Source of the DNA: Alphaproteobacteria bacterium
GTDB taxonomy: Bacteria; Pseudomonadota; Alphaproteobacteria; MPNO01
DNA: 64,000 nt
Direction: 5' to 3'
NCBI GenBank assembly: GCA_965248835.1
Contig: CBDFLJ010000002.1
Location: 224,001-288,000, forward strand
The notes under the pieces were generated by a model, which was given only the letters and a program-made list of their open reading frames with translations, had not been told where the DNA came from and made no database searches. This document shows, one piece after another, positions 62,759 through 64,000 of this stretch (its first letter is position 1; each line of letters begins with the position of its first letter). The translations under genes and the position numbers were made by a program.

Positions 62759-63964
62759 ATGCCCGATGCCTATATCTGCGATGCCGTCCGCACCCCGATC
62801 GGCCGCTACGGCGGTGGGCTGAGCTCGGTGCGCCCCGACGATCTCGGGGCGGTGCCGATCGCCGCTCTGATGGAGCGCAACACGAGCGTCGACTGGGCGG
62901 CGGTCGATGACGTCTATTACGGCAACGCCAACCAGGCGGGCGAGGACAACCGCAACGTCGCCCGCATGTCGAGCCTGCTGGCCGGGCTGCCGGTCGAGGT
63001 CTCCGGCGCCACGGTGAACCGGTTGTGCGGGTCGGGTCTGGAGGCGCTCGCGCAGGCGGGGCGGTCGATCCGCACCGGCGAGGCGTCTCTGGCGGTGGCC
63101 GGCGGGGTCGAGAGCATGTCGCGCGCGCCCTTTGTGATGGGCAAGGCCGATACCGCGTTCTCGCGCAAGGCAGAGGTCTTCGACACCACCATCGGCTGGC
63201 GCTTCGTCAACCCGAAGATGGAGGCGCTCTACGGCATCGATTCGATGGGCGAGACGGCGGAGAACCTCGCCGAGGAACGCCAGATCACCCGCGAGGACCA
63301 GGACAGGTTCGCGCTGTGGAGCCAGCAGAAGGCCAAAGAAGCGCAACAGGCTGGCCGGCTCGCCGCCGAGATCGTTCCGGTCAGCATCCCCCAAAGCCGC
63401 GGCGAGCCGATCGTGGTCTCGATCGACGAGCACCCGCGCGGCGAGACCACCATGGAGACGCTTGCCAAGCTGCGCCCGGCCTTCAAGCGCGACGGCACGG
63501 TGACGGCTGGCAACGCATCGGGGGTCAACGATGGGGCCTCGGCGCTGCTCCTCGCCGAGGAGGACGCCGCCAGGCGCCACGGGCTGACCCCGCGCGGGCG
63601 GATCCTCGGTACGGCAAGCGCCGGCGTGCCGCCGCGGGTCATGGGCATCGGCCCCGCGCCCGCCACCCGTAAGGTGCTGGCGCTGGCCGGGCTCACGCTG
63701 GACGACATGGACGTGATCGAGCTCAACGAGGCCTTCGCCGCCCAGTCGCTGGCGGTGACCCGCGACCTCGGGCTCGCCGCCGACGACCCGCGGGTCAACC
63801 CAAACGGCGGCGCGATCGCGCTCGGCCACCCGCTCGGCTGCAGCGGCGCGCGGCTCGCCACGACCGCGCTCTACGAACTCGAACGCACCGGCGGCCGCTA
63901 CGCGCTGTGCACCATGTGCATCGGCGTCGGCCAGGGCATCGCCATGGTCATCGAGCGGGTCTGA
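62759..63964 (+). CDS. pcaF: 3-oxoadipyl-CoA thiolase
   Basis: [41 protein letters not shown]. Confidence 0.88.
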   Translation: MPDAYICDAVRTPIGRYGGGLSSVRPDDLGAVPIAALMERNTSVDWAAVDDVYYGNANQAGEDNRNVARMSSLLAGLPVEVSGATVNRLCGSGLEALAQAGRSIRTGEASLAVAGGVESMSRAPFVMGKADTAFSRKAEVFDTTIGWRFVNPKMEALYGIDSMGETAENLAEERQITREDQDRFALWSQQKAKEAQQAGRLAAEIVPVSIPQSRGEPIVVSIDEHPRGETTMETLAKLRPAFKRDGTVTAGNASGVNDGASALLLAEEDAARRHGLTPRGRILGTASAGVPPRVMGIGPAPATRKVLALAGLTLDDMDVIELNEAFAAQSLAVTRDLGLAADDPRVNPNGGAIALGHPLGCSGARLATTALYELERTGGRYALCTMCIGVGQGIAMVIERV

Positions 63965-64000
63965 GCCGGTTTCGCCGGACCCGGCCGAGCGCATGCCGCC

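Overview
High-GC alphaproteobacterial (Rhodospirillales-like) chromosomal segment. The housekeeping backbone is ffh-rpsP-rimM-trmD-rplS-leuCDB-asd, sdhCDAB-zapE-mdh-sucCDAB, priA, fsa/tal-DUF484-xerC and pap. Accessory catabolic and transport genes are interspersed: flavin and Rieske oxygenases, an extradiol dioxygenase, enamidase and creatininase homologues, ThDP decarboxylase subunits, two TRAP systems and pcaF. There are two apparently intact IS elements (IS5 and IS630, stacked on one CTAG site) and several eroded IS remnants. Most notable observations: (i) two in-frame ORFs (56242-56979 and 56995-57339) look like one AhpD-like selenoprotein with a C-V-Y-UGA (CxxU) motif followed by a SECIS-like hairpin; (ii) sucB/E2 lacks the E3-binding domain and no lpdA follows it; (iii) a structured ncRNA candidate and a DnaA-box pair lie in the ~800 bp gap upstream of sdhC; (iv) a metallophosphoesterase homologue next to ffh has lost essentially all metal ligands; (v) a double-TRAP island bounded by IS481-like ends splits zapE from mdh. 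No rRNA, tRNA or CRISPR array was seen. All family assignments come from motif recognition by eye; no database searches were run.
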